The position numbers were made by a program, and so were the translations under genes. This document shows positions 40,321-50,262 of a stretch of DNA of 64,000 nt, piece by piece. Where the stretch lies: assembly GCA_963760795.1 (NCBI GenBank), contig CAVXEP010000029.1:482271-546270 (forward strand), in the 5' to 3' direction. This DNA comes from an uncultured delta proteobacterium. Its GTDB lineage: Bacteria; Desulfobacterota; Binatia; UBA9968. Numbering within the stretch: the first letter of the stretch is position 1; each line of letters begins with the position of its first letter. The notes under the pieces were generated by a model that was not told where the DNA came from, ran no database searches, and worked only from the letters and a program-made list of their open reading frames with translations.

Positions 40321-41379
40321 CTATGACGATTCTTGCAGAATGTCTTTGATCCGTTTGATGACGTCGGGCGGTTGGGTGATGGTTTTCTCGATCTTTTTTT
40401 GCAGCTCCAGGCCGTTCATATAGCTGGTGCCATCCCAATCGACGAGCTTCTTGGCTTCCAGCAAGAAATTTGCGTCCGCCAGCATTTTTTCAAATGCGTC
40501 CCTGAGAATTTGCAGTCTATCCTTTGGGATGGCGGGTGGGGCGGCGAAGGGACGGTCGAAGTCAGTATAGGCGACTATCACGTCCATCAAGCTCAATGTA
40601 GCTTTCGCAGCGGGTGGCGCCAGTTCGTAAACCGTCGGCGTGGTTTGGGGCAGCAGCCGGCTTTTACCCGGACCTTGCTGGACGACGAAAACCATGAAGC
40701 CCTGTTGCGCCCAAGTCGGCCAGGGCGGGCGCACGAGCGCGATGTCGGTGGTGGCGCGGCAATCGGCTTCGCCGCGCTCGATGCCGAGATCGATCTCTCG
40801 CGCCGAACCGTAACCGGTGACATGTTTGACTTTGAAATCGAAAATCTCGCCGAGCAAACTACTGAATACATAACTGATGCTGCCGGTGCCGCCTTCGCCG
40901 AAGCGGGCGGGATTCTTCGCATTGCGCAAGGCTTCGATAGTCGTGAAACCCGAGTCCTTGCGGCAAGTGATCATCATCGGCGCGCGGTTGAAGCTACCGA
41001 GCCAATTGAGTTTGCGGAAATCCAACTTCACTTCCGGCCGGCCGACCATTTGTTCGAGGTAATTGGCGCGATTGACCGCCAAGATCGTCAAGCCATCCGG
41101 TTTGGCAACGTTGTACAGATAGTTGGCTGAGACGATACCGCCGGCGCCGGCCATGTTTTGCGCCAGAATATTGGGATGGCCCGGAATATATTTGCCAAGA
41201 TAGCGCGACACCAGCCGTCCGGCGACGTCGGTGGCACCGCCGGGTGAGGTTGAGACGATCAGGCTGATGGTCTTGCCGTCGTAAAAGGAACGCGGTTCCG
41301 CCGCATGCGCGATCATCGCGCAACCCAGTAACAACGCTGGAATCGTCCCAAACAACCACTCTCGCCGCATCGTAATCAC
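40321..41379 (-). CDS. Tripartite tricarboxylate transporter substrate-binding protein (Bug/TctC family)
   Basis: FYDGKTISLIV, PGGATD, NMAGAGG, PDGLTI, VTGYG, ERGEAD. Confidence 0.85.
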   Translation of the reverse strand: MITMRREWLFGTIPALLLGCAMIAHAAEPRSFYDGKTISLIVSTSPGGATDVAGRLVSRYLGKYIPGHPNILAQNMAGAGGIVSANYLYNVAKPDGLTILAVNRANYLEQMVGRPEVKLDFRKLNWLGSFNRAPMMITCRKDSGFTTIEALRNAKNPARFGEGGTGSISYVFSSLLGEIFDFKVKHVTGYGSAREIDLGIERGEADCRATTDIALVRPPWPTWAQQGFMVFVVQQGPGKSRLLPQTTPTVYELAPPAAKATLSLMDVIVAYTDFDRPFAAPPAIPKDRLQILRDAFEKMLADANFLLEAKKLVDWDGTSYMNGLELQKKIEKTITQPPDVIKRIKDILQESS

Positions 41380-41624
41380 TCTCCTATCACACTGGCTTCG
41401 CGCCGTTTGAGCGCGGTTGAGCGGGGCGTAAGCTCAACCTATGGACGCCAAGCCAATTGCGTTAGTTGGCGATCGGCCTCGCGGGCGAAGCGGAAATCGA
41501 AGGCGCGTTGGATCAAGGGCGTTGGCGTTGGCGCTGAAACCAATCAACGATGCAACGATAACCGCGAATGTCCGGCGTATTTGCGCGTCAATTGCCGCCA
41601 TGGTTAGCGCCCTCGCCAATCAGC

Positions 41625-42728
41625 TCACAGACCATAGAGCCCGCAGGGATTATCGCGCACCATTTTGTCGACGACGCGGCTCGGAATACTGGTGAGCGAT
41701 TTTAGCGTCGGTAACAGGTTGCGCTGTTCAAAGGGATCGTTGTGGCCGTAGTCCGAGCCGATCACCAGATTGTCTTCGCCGATGCAGTCGACGATGACCG
41801 GCAGGTTCTCGCCAGCTTCGCAGGCGATAAAAATGCGAAATTCGCGGAACAGGTCTTGGGTTGAAGAAAACTTCCACTGCTCGCGGAATTGTCGTTTGAA
41901 CGAATGCAGCAGATAAGGCACCCAGGTCGCATAAGCTTCGATGAAGCCGAATCGCAGTTGAGGAAAAAGTTTGGGTATTTCGTTGTTGACGATATCGTTG
42001 AAGGCGAACAGCGGCAGGATCGCCGAGTGGGACCACTGGCGGTTGCGTTCCAAATCGAAAAAGTTAATGAACGTCGGACAACCGGAGCCCTGGTGAATGC
42101 AAATCGGCAGATCGAGATTGCTGGCTTCCTGATACACCGGGAAAAAGTAAGGATCGTCAAGTGTGCGCGTGCCTTCAATGCCGCGGAAGAAGACCCCGAC
42201 CGCTCCATGTTCTTTCGCCCAACGCAGTTCCTTGAGCGAGTCCTCGATCGAGCGCAGCGGCGGAATCACCACCCACTTCAAGCGCTCTTTTCCTTTGGCG
42301 CAGGCCTCGGCCATCCAGCGGTTGTAGGCGCGGCAGAGCGCGACTTCGAGGGCGACATCGTCGGTTAGGTAAATCAAGAACAGCGTCGGATAAATGACCT
42401 GAACATCGAAACCGGACCGGTCCATATCGCGCAGCCGCGCCTCGGGATCGGTGATCTCGCGGCAACCGGCGCTGATATCGGTGCGTGTCTGTTGTTTCTT
42501 CGCCGCTGAAGGTGTGATCAGCGCGAAGCCGCCTTTGCCGGCCGGCTTGGGGAAAATGTTGCCGTCGATCAACCACATGGCGTTGCGGTCGCCGTAGAGA
42601 GTATTGTCCGGCACGGAAATCAGCACCGGCCGGCGCTGATACATCTCACGCTCGATATGCTCCCACATCTGTTCATTCTCGGAAACATGGGTGTCGGCGT
42701 CGACAAGTTTATGAGCAGTTCCAGACAT
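41625..42728 (-). CDS. Amidohydrolase_2 family metalloenzyme, paralog of 37088..38182
   Basis: DADTH, WLIDGNIFPKP and GAVGVFFRGIEG shared with the paralog, GSDYGH. Confidence 0.88.
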   Translation of the reverse strand: MSGTAHKLVDADTHVSENEQMWEHIEREMYQRRPVLISVPDNTLYGDRNAMWLIDGNIFPKPAGKGGFALITPSAAKKQQTRTDISAGCREITDPEARLRDMDRSGFDVQVIYPTLFLIYLTDDVALEVALCRAYNRWMAEACAKGKERLKWVVIPPLRSIEDSLKELRWAKEHGAVGVFFRGIEGTRTLDDPYFFPVYQEASNLDLPICIHQGSGCPTFINFFDLERNRQWSHSAILPLFAFNDIVNNEIPKLFPQLRFGFIEAYATWVPYLLHSFKRQFREQWKFSSTQDLFREFRIFIACEAGENLPVIVDCIGEDNLVIGSDYGHNDPFEQRNLLPTLKSLTSIPSRVVDKMVRDNPCGLYGL

Positions 42729-43045
42729 AGATTCCTCCGGATAGAGTGGCGATGCGTCGGGTTACGCTAGTCGAGTCGGGATGAAGTTGTCAAGAATGAG
42801 GAGCTAAAACGGATAAATCTAACGTAGAGTACGCTTGCGCACCGTTTCAGGCGCCGGTCGCGAGCTCACGCGCCGGTGATTACCTGGCACGTCGGCAAAT
42901 GGCGCGCGAGACACACCCCACGATTTCTCCCGACGGACATCAGTCGAAGAATTCGTCACACACGCTTAAGCTGGTATCCACGCTGTTGTCGAAACCCAAG
43001 CGCACAGAATCCTGATTCCCGTTGTCACGGGAATCACGGAGAGGG

Positions 43046-43945
43046 TCACGGTTTCTGAACTAACTCGATCTTTGCTAGCTCCTCGATGAACTTTACCAGC
43101 GCGGCGTGATCCAAGTCGCCGTTGCCCATGCCTTTCATGGCGGTCATCATCTGGCCGACGACACCGGTGACCATGAGCGGCACACCGTATTCCGAGCCGG
43201 TTGCGAGGGCGATCTTCATGTCTTTCTCGTGCAGGCGGATGCGAAAGCCGGGTTTGAAGTTGCGATCCAACATTTTCTGCCCATGGGCTTCGAGGATTTT
43301 CGATTGGGCGAAGCCGCCGAGCAACGCTTGTCTGACTTTCGCCGGATCGACGCCGGCTTTCGCCGCGAGCACCAGCGCTTCGCTGACGATGGCGATCGTC
43401 GTGCCGACAACCATTTGGTTTGCCGCTTTGGTTACCTGCCCAGCGCCGGCGTTGCCGACGTGGACGATATTCTTTCCCAGCTTTTCAAAGATCGGCATGG
43501 CGCGCTCGACGGCGCTATCCTTGCCGCCGATCATGATCGATAACGCTGCGTTGATCGCGCCGGCTTCGCCGCCGCTCACCGGTGCGTCGAGCATGTCGCA
43601 GCCGCGTTTTTCCGCTTCAGCTGCGAGCTTGCGGGCGACGACCGGGGAAATGGTCGACATATCGATTAACAGGGCGCCGGATTTCACGCCGGCGAAGATG
43701 CCGCGCTCGCCGGCGTAAACGAGTTCGACGTCCGGCGAGTCGGGCAGCATGGTGATGATTACGTCGCTTCGAGCGGCGACTTCTTGCGAATTCGCCGCCG
43801 GCTGTGCACCTTCTTTGCTCAGCTCCTCCACCACCGCGCGGCTGCGGTTGTGGATCACCAGCGGATAACTCGCTTGCAACAGATGGCGCGCCATGGGTTT
43901 GCCCATGATGCCGAGGCCGATGAAACCGATGGTTGGATTGCTCAT
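43046..43945 (-). CDS. garR: 2-hydroxy-3-oxopropionate (tartronate semialdehyde) reductase, GarR/GlxR family
   Basis: IGFIGLGIMGKPMA, ITMLPDSPDV, LDAPVSGG, AGQVTKAANQ, FKPGFRI-x-LH-x-KD. Confidence 0.8.
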   Translation of the reverse strand: MSNPTIGFIGLGIMGKPMARHLLQASYPLVIHNRSRAVVEELSKEGAQPAANSQEVAARSDVIITMLPDSPDVELVYAGERGIFAGVKSGALLIDMSTISPVVARKLAAEAEKRGCDMLDAPVSGGEAGAINAALSIMIGGKDSAVERAMPIFEKLGKNIVHVGNAGAGQVTKAANQMVVGTTIAIVSEALVLAAKAGVDPAKVRQALLGGFAQSKILEAHGQKMLDRNFKPGFRIRLHEKDMKIALATGSEYGVPLMVTGVVGQMMTAMKGMGNGDLDHAALVKFIEELAKIELVQKP

Positions 43946-43978
43946 ACGATATTCTCCAGTGATTGCTTGGATACTGCT

Positions 43979-44938
43979 CTACGGCAGAAAACTCAGATCG
44001 ATCACCTGCTGCGGCGTGACGTTTTTGGCTTTGGGGTTTTCTTTCGCCAGTTCGTCGATTGCCAACTGGATTCCCTTCAACGTCGGTTTGCCGTCGTCGG
44101 GGAAGGCGCGGGAGCGAAAGTTGTAGTCCGCCTCGGCGAGTTGGCGGTCGTCGGTGCGGATCGCTTTCATGGTTTCTTTGATCGCGTCGGCGCGATTGTG
44201 CTTATAGTAACGGATCGATTCGACGTAGGCGCGCAGGAAACGCCGGAGTGCATCGGGATTGCTCTTCAAGTAGTCGCCGCGTGCGACCACGCCGGTCATT
44301 TGATAGTCGATCTCTTTGTCGGCGAAGTCGAGCAAGGGATTCATACCGGCCTTCTTCGCCACATGGCTGACGCCGGAGATCAGCGATGTGGCGTCGATGC
44401 TGCCGGCCTGGAGCGCGTTGATCCGTCCCGCCGAACCGCCGCCTTGGATGAATTTGACGTCGGTCTTTGCATTCAAGCCGAATTGTTCCAGCGCCATCCG
44501 GGTCGCCAGCTCATCGGTGCTACCGTAACGCGTGATGCCGATGACTTTGCCTTTGAGCTGAGCCGGCGTCGTAATGTTCGGACGGGAAAAGAAAGTATAA
44601 GGAAAGCGATTGTTGACGCCGCCGATGATTTTCACATCGGCGCCTTCGACGAAGCCGTGCAGGAAAACCGTCGCGCTGGTGGTAATGATGTCGAGGCTTT
44701 TCGCCAGCAAGGCCTGCATGGCCACCGGACCGCCGGTGATCAGGATGATTTCCAATTCCAAGGCATGTTTTTTCAGGATGCCGGCTTCCTTGGCCAAGGC
44801 GAAGGCGACTTTCTCGGTGCTGGTGGCGGCAGTGCTGGCGACGCGGATCTTGGTGGGCTGGGCGAAGACGGATGTGTTCGATAACAACGAAACCAAGAAG
44901 CGCGAATGCTGTAGCAGTGAGGTATGTGCGCTGGACAT
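43979..44938 (-). CDS. NitT/TauT family ABC substrate-binding protein
   Basis: GILKKHALE, LKGKVIGITRYGS, FLRAYVES. Confidence 0.8.
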   Translation of the reverse strand: MSSAHTSLLQHSRFLVSLLSNTSVFAQPTKIRVASTAATSTEKVAFALAKEAGILKKHALELEIILITGGPVAMQALLAKSLDIITTSATVFLHGFVEGADVKIIGGVNNRFPYTFFSRPNITTPAQLKGKVIGITRYGSTDELATRMALEQFGLNAKTDVKFIQGGGSAGRINALQAGSIDATSLISGVSHVAKKAGMNPLLDFADKEIDYQMTGVVARGDYLKSNPDALRRFLRAYVESIRYYKHNRADAIKETMKAIRTDDRQLAEADYNFRSRAFPDDGKPTLKGIQLAIDELAKENPKAKNVTPQQVIDLSFLP

Positions 44939-45079
44939 CGAATTCTCCCTTCAACGTCGGTCAAGCCAGATATGCCAAACAGACGGGCAAACGCAAGGCG
45001 GGCGGGTAATGAGGCGTTTGATTGTGGTCTCGGTGCTACGGGTGGAAAAGATTTCTCGCTCCGCTCGAAATGACAGATC

Positions 45080-45178
45080 GTAGGTTGGGTGGAGGCGCCG
45101 CGCCGATACCCACCGTTGGGAATGATGGGTGTCGCGGAGTCTATCCTGAGCCGCGCCGGAGGACTCAACCCATCCTAC
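45080..45178. repeat. GTAG-type REP doublet with a nested second repeat
   Basis: Starts GTAGGTTGGGT and ends AACCCATCCTAC; internal GAGTC...CCTGAGC...GACTC; preceded by a half-copy of the GATTTCTC...CGAAATGACA element at 45048-45075. Confidence 0.65.
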
Positions 45179-45244
45179 GACCGATCCGTGGAAAGTAAAA
45201 AAGGCTTTGTCTCAGCCACGGTGTTGCAGTATGTTACGGCCACT

Positions 45245-45928
45245 ATGGAAACAAAGATCTTTTCTTGGCTGGGCCGAGAGTTTGTCGAAATCTCCGGTGA
45301 GGCGCAAGCCGGCGCGTCGGTGGAATCTGCGACGGCAGAGCTATTCGGAAGATTCGAAGCGGCGCTTAAAACGCATAACTTGTCGCTCGAGAATACGGCG
45401 CGCATTCGCGTCTTCGGCCGGGATCGCCAGGCGCGTACGGACGCGACGCTGGCCAGGTCAAAGATTCTCAGCGGCAGCGGGCGTGCCGCCAGTTCGAGTT
45501 TCATCTCGCAGGAATGGTTCGATTCACCCGGCTCCGGTGGATTGGAGCTGCTGGCGCTGCGGCCATCGAAGGCGGCAGCGCAGCGCAAGCCCGTCGACTT
45601 CGAGCCGGCGCGCAATTACCTTTGCTATCTTGAATATGATTCACTGCTGTTTTTCTCCGGCTTTACTTCCGAGGCGGCGACCTTGGAGCAGCAAGTTAAG
45701 GACGTGCTTGGCACATTGGATAACACCTTCGCACGGGCCAATACCGACTGGGCGCAGGTAAAAAAACTATCGCTGCTGCTCCAACGCGGTGCGAAGGTTG
45801 ACGAGATCAAAAGAGTTCTCTCCGACGCCAACCGGCTGAGCGTGCCGGAGATCGAGTTTACGTTTGTCGACGGCTTTGCCGGTGAAAAATATTTGGTGGA
45901 GATTGAGGCGACAGCGTTGAGCAGGTAG
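45245..45928 (+). CDS. Tandem RidA/YjgF-like domain protein
   Basis: Two repeats: L-x-LENTARIRVF...LELLA and LFFSG...LEQQV...LVEIEATA. Confidence 0.55.
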   Translation: METKIFSWLGREFVEISGEAQAGASVESATAELFGRFEAALKTHNLSLENTARIRVFGRDRQARTDATLARSKILSGSGRAASSSFISQEWFDSPGSGGLELLALRPSKAAAQRKPVDFEPARNYLCYLEYDSLLFFSGFTSEAATLEQQVKDVLGTLDNTFARANTDWAQVKKLSLLLQRGAKVDEIKRVLSDANRLSVPEIEFTFVDGFAGEKYLVEIEATALSR

Positions 45929-46141
45929 GGCTGCCGTCAATTGCCGGTCAGTACATCGCGAGCCAATTCTGCGATTCTGCTGAAAAACTTCTGGGAATGC
46001 TTCATCAAGCTCAGCATGAACGGAAAATTTTCAAGATTATCAATCCTCTCCCATTCGCTCCTGCGATAAACTCAGGATATGCTCTGAGCCTTGTCGAAGT
46101 GTGATCCCGAGTTTTTCAGCAGAGTCTTCTTACACAGCAGA

Positions 46142-46813
46142 CTACGCGTATTGCCGGTACAGGCCGTCGAATTTGCCGAGCTTGATGCGCACCATGTACT
46201 GGGCGCTTTCACGGACCAAGCGCTCTTCGCGCGCTGTCTTGACCATACGCGAGATCAATTCCGCCGAGCGCGCGGTGTGCTCCTGGTCGGCGACCATGTG
46301 GACTGAGAAAAATGTCAGGTCGCGATCGTCGAGGCCGTAGTGTTTGCGCCCGGCGTTTAAAAATTCCTCCGAGTAGCGGCAGACCATGCTCTCGCTGGTC
46401 AGCGCCGAGGCGCGGTTCTGCGGCGCGTAGCCCATCAACGTGTTATAGACCGTGCGCGCCGAATGAATCTGGCATTCGAAAATCTGCGTCGCCTCAGTGA
46501 AGTCTTCTTCTTGGAGGCCAATGGCGAGGCCAAAACGTTTTGCCAAGTCGGGATGGCTCTGCTCTTCGGTGAACTGCTCGGTGAAGTAGTCGAACATGAT
46601 CGGCTCATGGGCGTTCTTGACCATGCCCAAGGCGAAGGATTTGAGAATCGCCTTATTATGCAAGTAATGTTGGATCGCCCAGCCTTGCATTCTTTTTATC
46701 GACAACTTGCCCTGGCGCAGCTCGGTGAAATACTGGCTGTCCATCAAACTTTGGATGCCGGGCTCGATGATTTCTTTTTTTACCGCAGCGACGAGTACAT
46801 TGCCGTCTACCAT
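46142..46813 (-). CDS. Heme-oxygenase-like diiron enzyme (TenA/PqqC/CADD fold)
   Basis: EEQSH, a central E, and FFSVHMVADQEH (H-x3-D-x2-H); GGAG RBS. Confidence 0.75.
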   Translation of the reverse strand: MVDGNVLVAAVKKEIIEPGIQSLMDSQYFTELRQGKLSIKRMQGWAIQHYLHNKAILKSFALGMVKNAHEPIMFDYFTEQFTEEQSHPDLAKRFGLAIGLQEEDFTEATQIFECQIHSARTVYNTLMGYAPQNRASALTSESMVCRYSEEFLNAGRKHYGLDDRDLTFFSVHMVADQEHTARSAELISRMVKTAREERLVRESAQYMVRIKLGKFDGLYRQYA

Positions 46814-46886
46814 GTGAAACTCCTTGTTTGGCGTCTAGTTTCTCGAGTTTAGGAATCGAATGCGACTGCGCGCTGAAAACTGAAAA

Positions 46887-47879
46887 TTATTTCCCCGCCA
46901 ACACTTGATCGATCAAGGTGTAGTCGGTGACCGCGGCGACGTTGACCGGCGCGGGAATCTGTTTCTGGTTATACGCCAGGTCGAAATACTCCTGCATGTC
47001 TTTGATGGCGATCTTACCATCGGCTGTGAGGATTCCCAGCCACTGCTCGTAGACGGTCTCGGCGGTTTTTTGCTCGACTTTCCACTTGTCGCGGATGTAG
47101 TTGACCATCCAGGTTCTCTCTTTGCGGCAGAACGCCGAGGCATCGAGCATGACCCGGATGACATTCTTGATGCGCCCAGCGTCGCTTTTCAACTTGCTCT
47201 CGCTAACGACCAGGCCGCTGGTGGGAAACTGCATCGGTAACTCGTCTGCTGCGCCGACTTGGCGAAAGCCTTTTTGTCCCATGATGACGTTGTGCGGTCC
47301 CGACAACACTGCCGCTGACACCGCACCCTGGCCCAAGCTGCTCACAGTATTCGACACCGAACCGGTCTGGGTAAAGATCGCCTTCTCGGGATCGGCGCCT
47401 TTGTTGCGCATGAGCAGACGCACGACCAGATGCTGCAAGCTGCCGATGCGATCGACGCCGATGCGTTTACCGGCGAGATCGTTGATGCGTTGGATGCCGG
47501 GCTCGGCGACGACGTAAAAAGGCGGTTTGCGCAGGGCGATCAGGATGCCCTTGAGCGGCGCGCCCTGACCGGTGGCGATGATGCCGGTGGTGTAGCCGGT
47601 GAGGAAGTCTATCTCACCGGAGGCGAGGGCGGCCACCGGCAACGGTCCAGCCATCTGAATCAGTTCCGGTTCTAAACCATGTTTCTTGAACAGGCCGGCG
47701 TCACGGGCGACAAACAGATTCAAAAAAGAGACGCTGAAGGCCGAATAGGCGAGCCGCACTTTGCGCTGATCTTGGGCATGGACGGGAAAACTCAGCGACA
47801 GAGCGAGGAGCGCATAGATAAGGCACTGCCGCGAGCCTATTATCCAAGCTCTGATATTCTTTACCGCTAGTCGCTGCAC
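46887..47879 (-). CDS. NitT/TauT family ABC substrate-binding protein
   Basis: Signal peptide, GLFKKHGLE, ALASGEIDF, DLAGKRIG; TTGACA-N18-TATAGT ends 7 nt upstream of the GTG (possibly leaderless). Confidence 0.82.
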   Translation of the reverse strand: MQRLAVKNIRAWIIGSRQCLIYALLALSLSFPVHAQDQRKVRLAYSAFSVSFLNLFVARDAGLFKKHGLEPELIQMAGPLPVAALASGEIDFLTGYTTGIIATGQGAPLKGILIALRKPPFYVVAEPGIQRINDLAGKRIGVDRIGSLQHLVVRLLMRNKGADPEKAIFTQTGSVSNTVSSLGQGAVSAAVLSGPHNVIMGQKGFRQVGAADELPMQFPTSGLVVSESKLKSDAGRIKNVIRVMLDASAFCRKERTWMVNYIRDKWKVEQKTAETVYEQWLGILTADGKIAIKDMQEYFDLAYNQKQIPAPVNVAAVTDYTLIDQVLAGK

Positions 47880-48039
47880 GGCAGTGACTATAGTTGGCGG
47901 CGGGAAAGCTTGTCAATGTTGCGCCCAGAAAACGACCGCGCGGAGGTTCCAGATAGTTTTTGCCCGGATGTGGTAAGGCCGAGCCCCTAGCGGTGGCTCG
48001 GCCTTCAAGTGAGAAGAATTTGTTGAGGGTGATGTGGGT

Positions 48040-49305
48040 TTACACCGTTGGAATGCGTAAGGTAGTGCCAACTCTTACCAGGTGCGCCTTGCGAATTCCG
48101 TTTGCCTGCAGAATTCGCTGAACCGAAGCCCCATATCGTTGGGCGATTTGGATCAGCGTCTCGCCGCGCTGCACGCGGTGATGGATGACCTGAGCCTTCG
48201 GCGTTTGCTGTTGCTGACGCTGCGCCGACGCCATCCGGCGCGGTGTGGCGGCCGGCGCTTGATAGTTCACTTGGGCGACTTCGACAATGGGCTCAACAGA
48301 TCGGTCCGCTGGTGCCTTTACGCGATAACCGGCCGGCAGAACGCGAATGTTGGCCGATAGGGCGGGGTTCCACTTCATGAATTCTTCCTGGCTGAGGCCG
48401 GTAGAGCTAATCGCCGTGCCCAGTGATGTATTTTTTGCCAGGGCTACTTCCTGAATTTTTCGCGGCGCGTCCTGTTCTATCCCGGGAAAGTATTGCTGGA
48501 AGTTCTTGCCGATTTCCACGGCGGCGAGAAATTCGGCATAAAACTGTTTCGGGGGAAAGCCCCAGTAGGGATGATTATAGCGCTCGATCAAGTCGACCAA
48601 ATTGCTCGAACCGATTTCCGCCACGGCTCGCGCCATGCCGGCTTGGCCGTAGTTGTATGAAGTAATCGCTAAGGGCCAGCTGCCCAGATATCCATAGGCC
48701 TGGTCCAAATAAGCTGCCGCGCCACGAGTCGATTCCATGGGATCTCTGCGTTCGTCGATCAGTCGGTCGACGCGCATGTAGCTTTTGCCCGTGGCCGGCA
48801 TGAATTGCCACATGCCGAGGGCGCCGACGGAGGAACGGGCGCTCATGTCGTAGGAGGATTCGACCACCGGCAAGAAACTTAGTTCGGGCGGTAAGCCGCG
48901 GTCGATGAATACTTGCTGCATTTGCGCCAGATAGCGGCCGGCGCGTTTCAAGCCGTCCGCGGTGCGTTCGCGCACGCCGCGTTGGGCTCTGACGCGATCC
49001 ATATCGACATCGTTGGCGGCGGCGATGCGCGACCTTTCGCCGTCGATATACTGACTGGAGCGGCTATCTTCGCCGACCTCGACTACTTCGTAGATCTTGC
49101 TCATGTCGAGCGGATCGAAGTAGACCAACTGACTCAAGCCGTATTGAGTGAAGATTTTTTTCCAAAACTCGATAGCCGGTTCCAGACCTGCCGGCACCGG
49201 GAAAGGACTGGCCGTGGATAGACTCGACTGGCCCATTGCCTGAGCTGGCAAGAACGCCAGGTGAGATATAAAAAGTGTCAGTAGCCAAAGTGACAATTGT
49301 TTCAT
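48040..49305 (-). CDS. Lytic murein transglycosylase with LysM domain (MltD-like)
   Basis: Signal peptide, LPVVES catalytic Glu, GALGMWQFM, AITSYNYG, C-terminal LysM HRVQRGETL; AAGGAGGT RBS. Confidence 0.88.
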   Translation of the reverse strand: MKQLSLWLLTLFISHLAFLPAQAMGQSSLSTASPFPVPAGLEPAIEFWKKIFTQYGLSQLVYFDPLDMSKIYEVVEVGEDSRSSQYIDGERSRIAAANDVDMDRVRAQRGVRERTADGLKRAGRYLAQMQQVFIDRGLPPELSFLPVVESSYDMSARSSVGALGMWQFMPATGKSYMRVDRLIDERRDPMESTRGAAAYLDQAYGYLGSWPLAITSYNYGQAGMARAVAEIGSSNLVDLIERYNHPYWGFPPKQFYAEFLAAVEIGKNFQQYFPGIEQDAPRKIQEVALAKNTSLGTAISSTGLSQEEFMKWNPALSANIRVLPAGYRVKAPADRSVEPIVEVAQVNYQAPAATPRRMASAQRQQQQTPKAQVIHHRVQRGETLIQIAQRYGASVQRILQANGIRKAHLVRVGTTLRIPTV

Positions 49306-49341
49306 CGTCACCTCCTTTTTGTTTGCGCCAGCCTGTAAATG

Positions 49342-49357
49342 AGCAACCGACATGCCA
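49342..49357 (-). promoter_or_regulatory. Sigma54 (-24/-12) promoter for the lytic transglycosylase
   Basis: TGGCATGTCGGTTGCT matches TGGCACG-N4-TTGCW with one mismatch. Confidence 0.6.
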
Positions 49358-49594
49358 CCTGGCAACGGTTTGACTGGTCGTGGTCTAGAGAAGTTTCTTG
49401 GTAGAAATAAACCGTTTTGAGCCATTTGACAAACAGTTCCAAACTTCATGACTGGCGGCGCCGTTTGAATAATCAACCGGCGGCGAGCACGGCTGGCCGT
49501 TTATGGTCCTTTATTGCTAGCTATTTGACGGCAATGGCCAAGGTGACTATAGTGCGGCGAAATTTCTGACCGTGGTTTCAGGAGGCGGTTCACT

Positions 49595-50098
49595 TTGGAT
49601 ACCCCAACACTGGTTCTGCTTGCGGAGGCGTCGCTGCGGGCGATTTTGGGCTGGCGCATGTTGATTAGCGGCATCAGCAACGTGACCCGCTGGCCCAACC
49701 CGGTGACCACCGCCAGCATACTTTTTCCCAATGGAGCGGTCTTCTTCGGATTCATGGCGACCTTTTTGATGGTTGTCGGCGGCTTTGGCCTGGCGGCGGG
49801 AATTCAGACGCCGATTTGCGCGGTGATGATAATCGTATTCCTCATACCGACTTTCGGGCTGCATTGGCATTGGTTGAAAGTCCTGCCGACCATGGTGCCG
49901 GTGGTCAAGGCGGCGATCAAAGATGACAAAGCCCAGGGCTATTTTCGTTCCTTCGACCGGCAATCTTATCATGCCCACGAAGTCGGCGTGCGCGACAACT
50001 TGGTGTTTCTGGTCGCAGCGGTCTATTTCGCCATCAAAGGCAGCGCAGCGTATGGTGTCGACAACTGGTTGGGCGCTTGGGTGGTGCGGTTTTTCTAA
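49595..50098 (+). CDS. DoxX family membrane protein
   Basis: Four hydrophobic segments, FLIPTFGLH, G-x-x-AYGVD ending; AGGAGG RBS before TTG. Confidence 0.7.
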   Translation: MDTPTLVLLAEASLRAILGWRMLISGISNVTRWPNPVTTASILFPNGAVFFGFMATFLMVVGGFGLAAGIQTPICAVMIIVFLIPTFGLHWHWLKVLPTMVPVVKAAIKDDKAQGYFRSFDRQSYHAHEVGVRDNLVFLVAAVYFAIKGSAAYGVDNWLGAWVVRFF

Positions 50099-50161
50099 GT
50101 TGCGAGCGTTGGAACGACAATCCTGAAGTAGGACGGCTGTATCCGAAGATGCAAGATGTTG

Positions 50162-50244
50162 TTCACCACGAAGGACACGAAGAGCACGAAGGTCGGAGTG
50201 ATAATTATCCGAAACCTTCGTGTCCTTGGTGATCTTCGTGGTGA
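50162..50244. repeat. Palindromic 9-mer repeat element
   Basis: TCACCACGAAGGACACGAAGAGCACGAAGG paired with CCTTCGTGTCCTTGGTGATCTTCGTGGTGA between convergent genes. Confidence 0.75.
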
Positions 50245-50262
50245 GATTGAACAGTTCCGTTA

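Noticed and set aside
49306-49480. c-di-GMP or c-di-AMP riboswitch ahead of the lytic transglycosylase
   Set aside because: Consensus elements not found; a sigma54-like promoter close to the start leaves only a short leader
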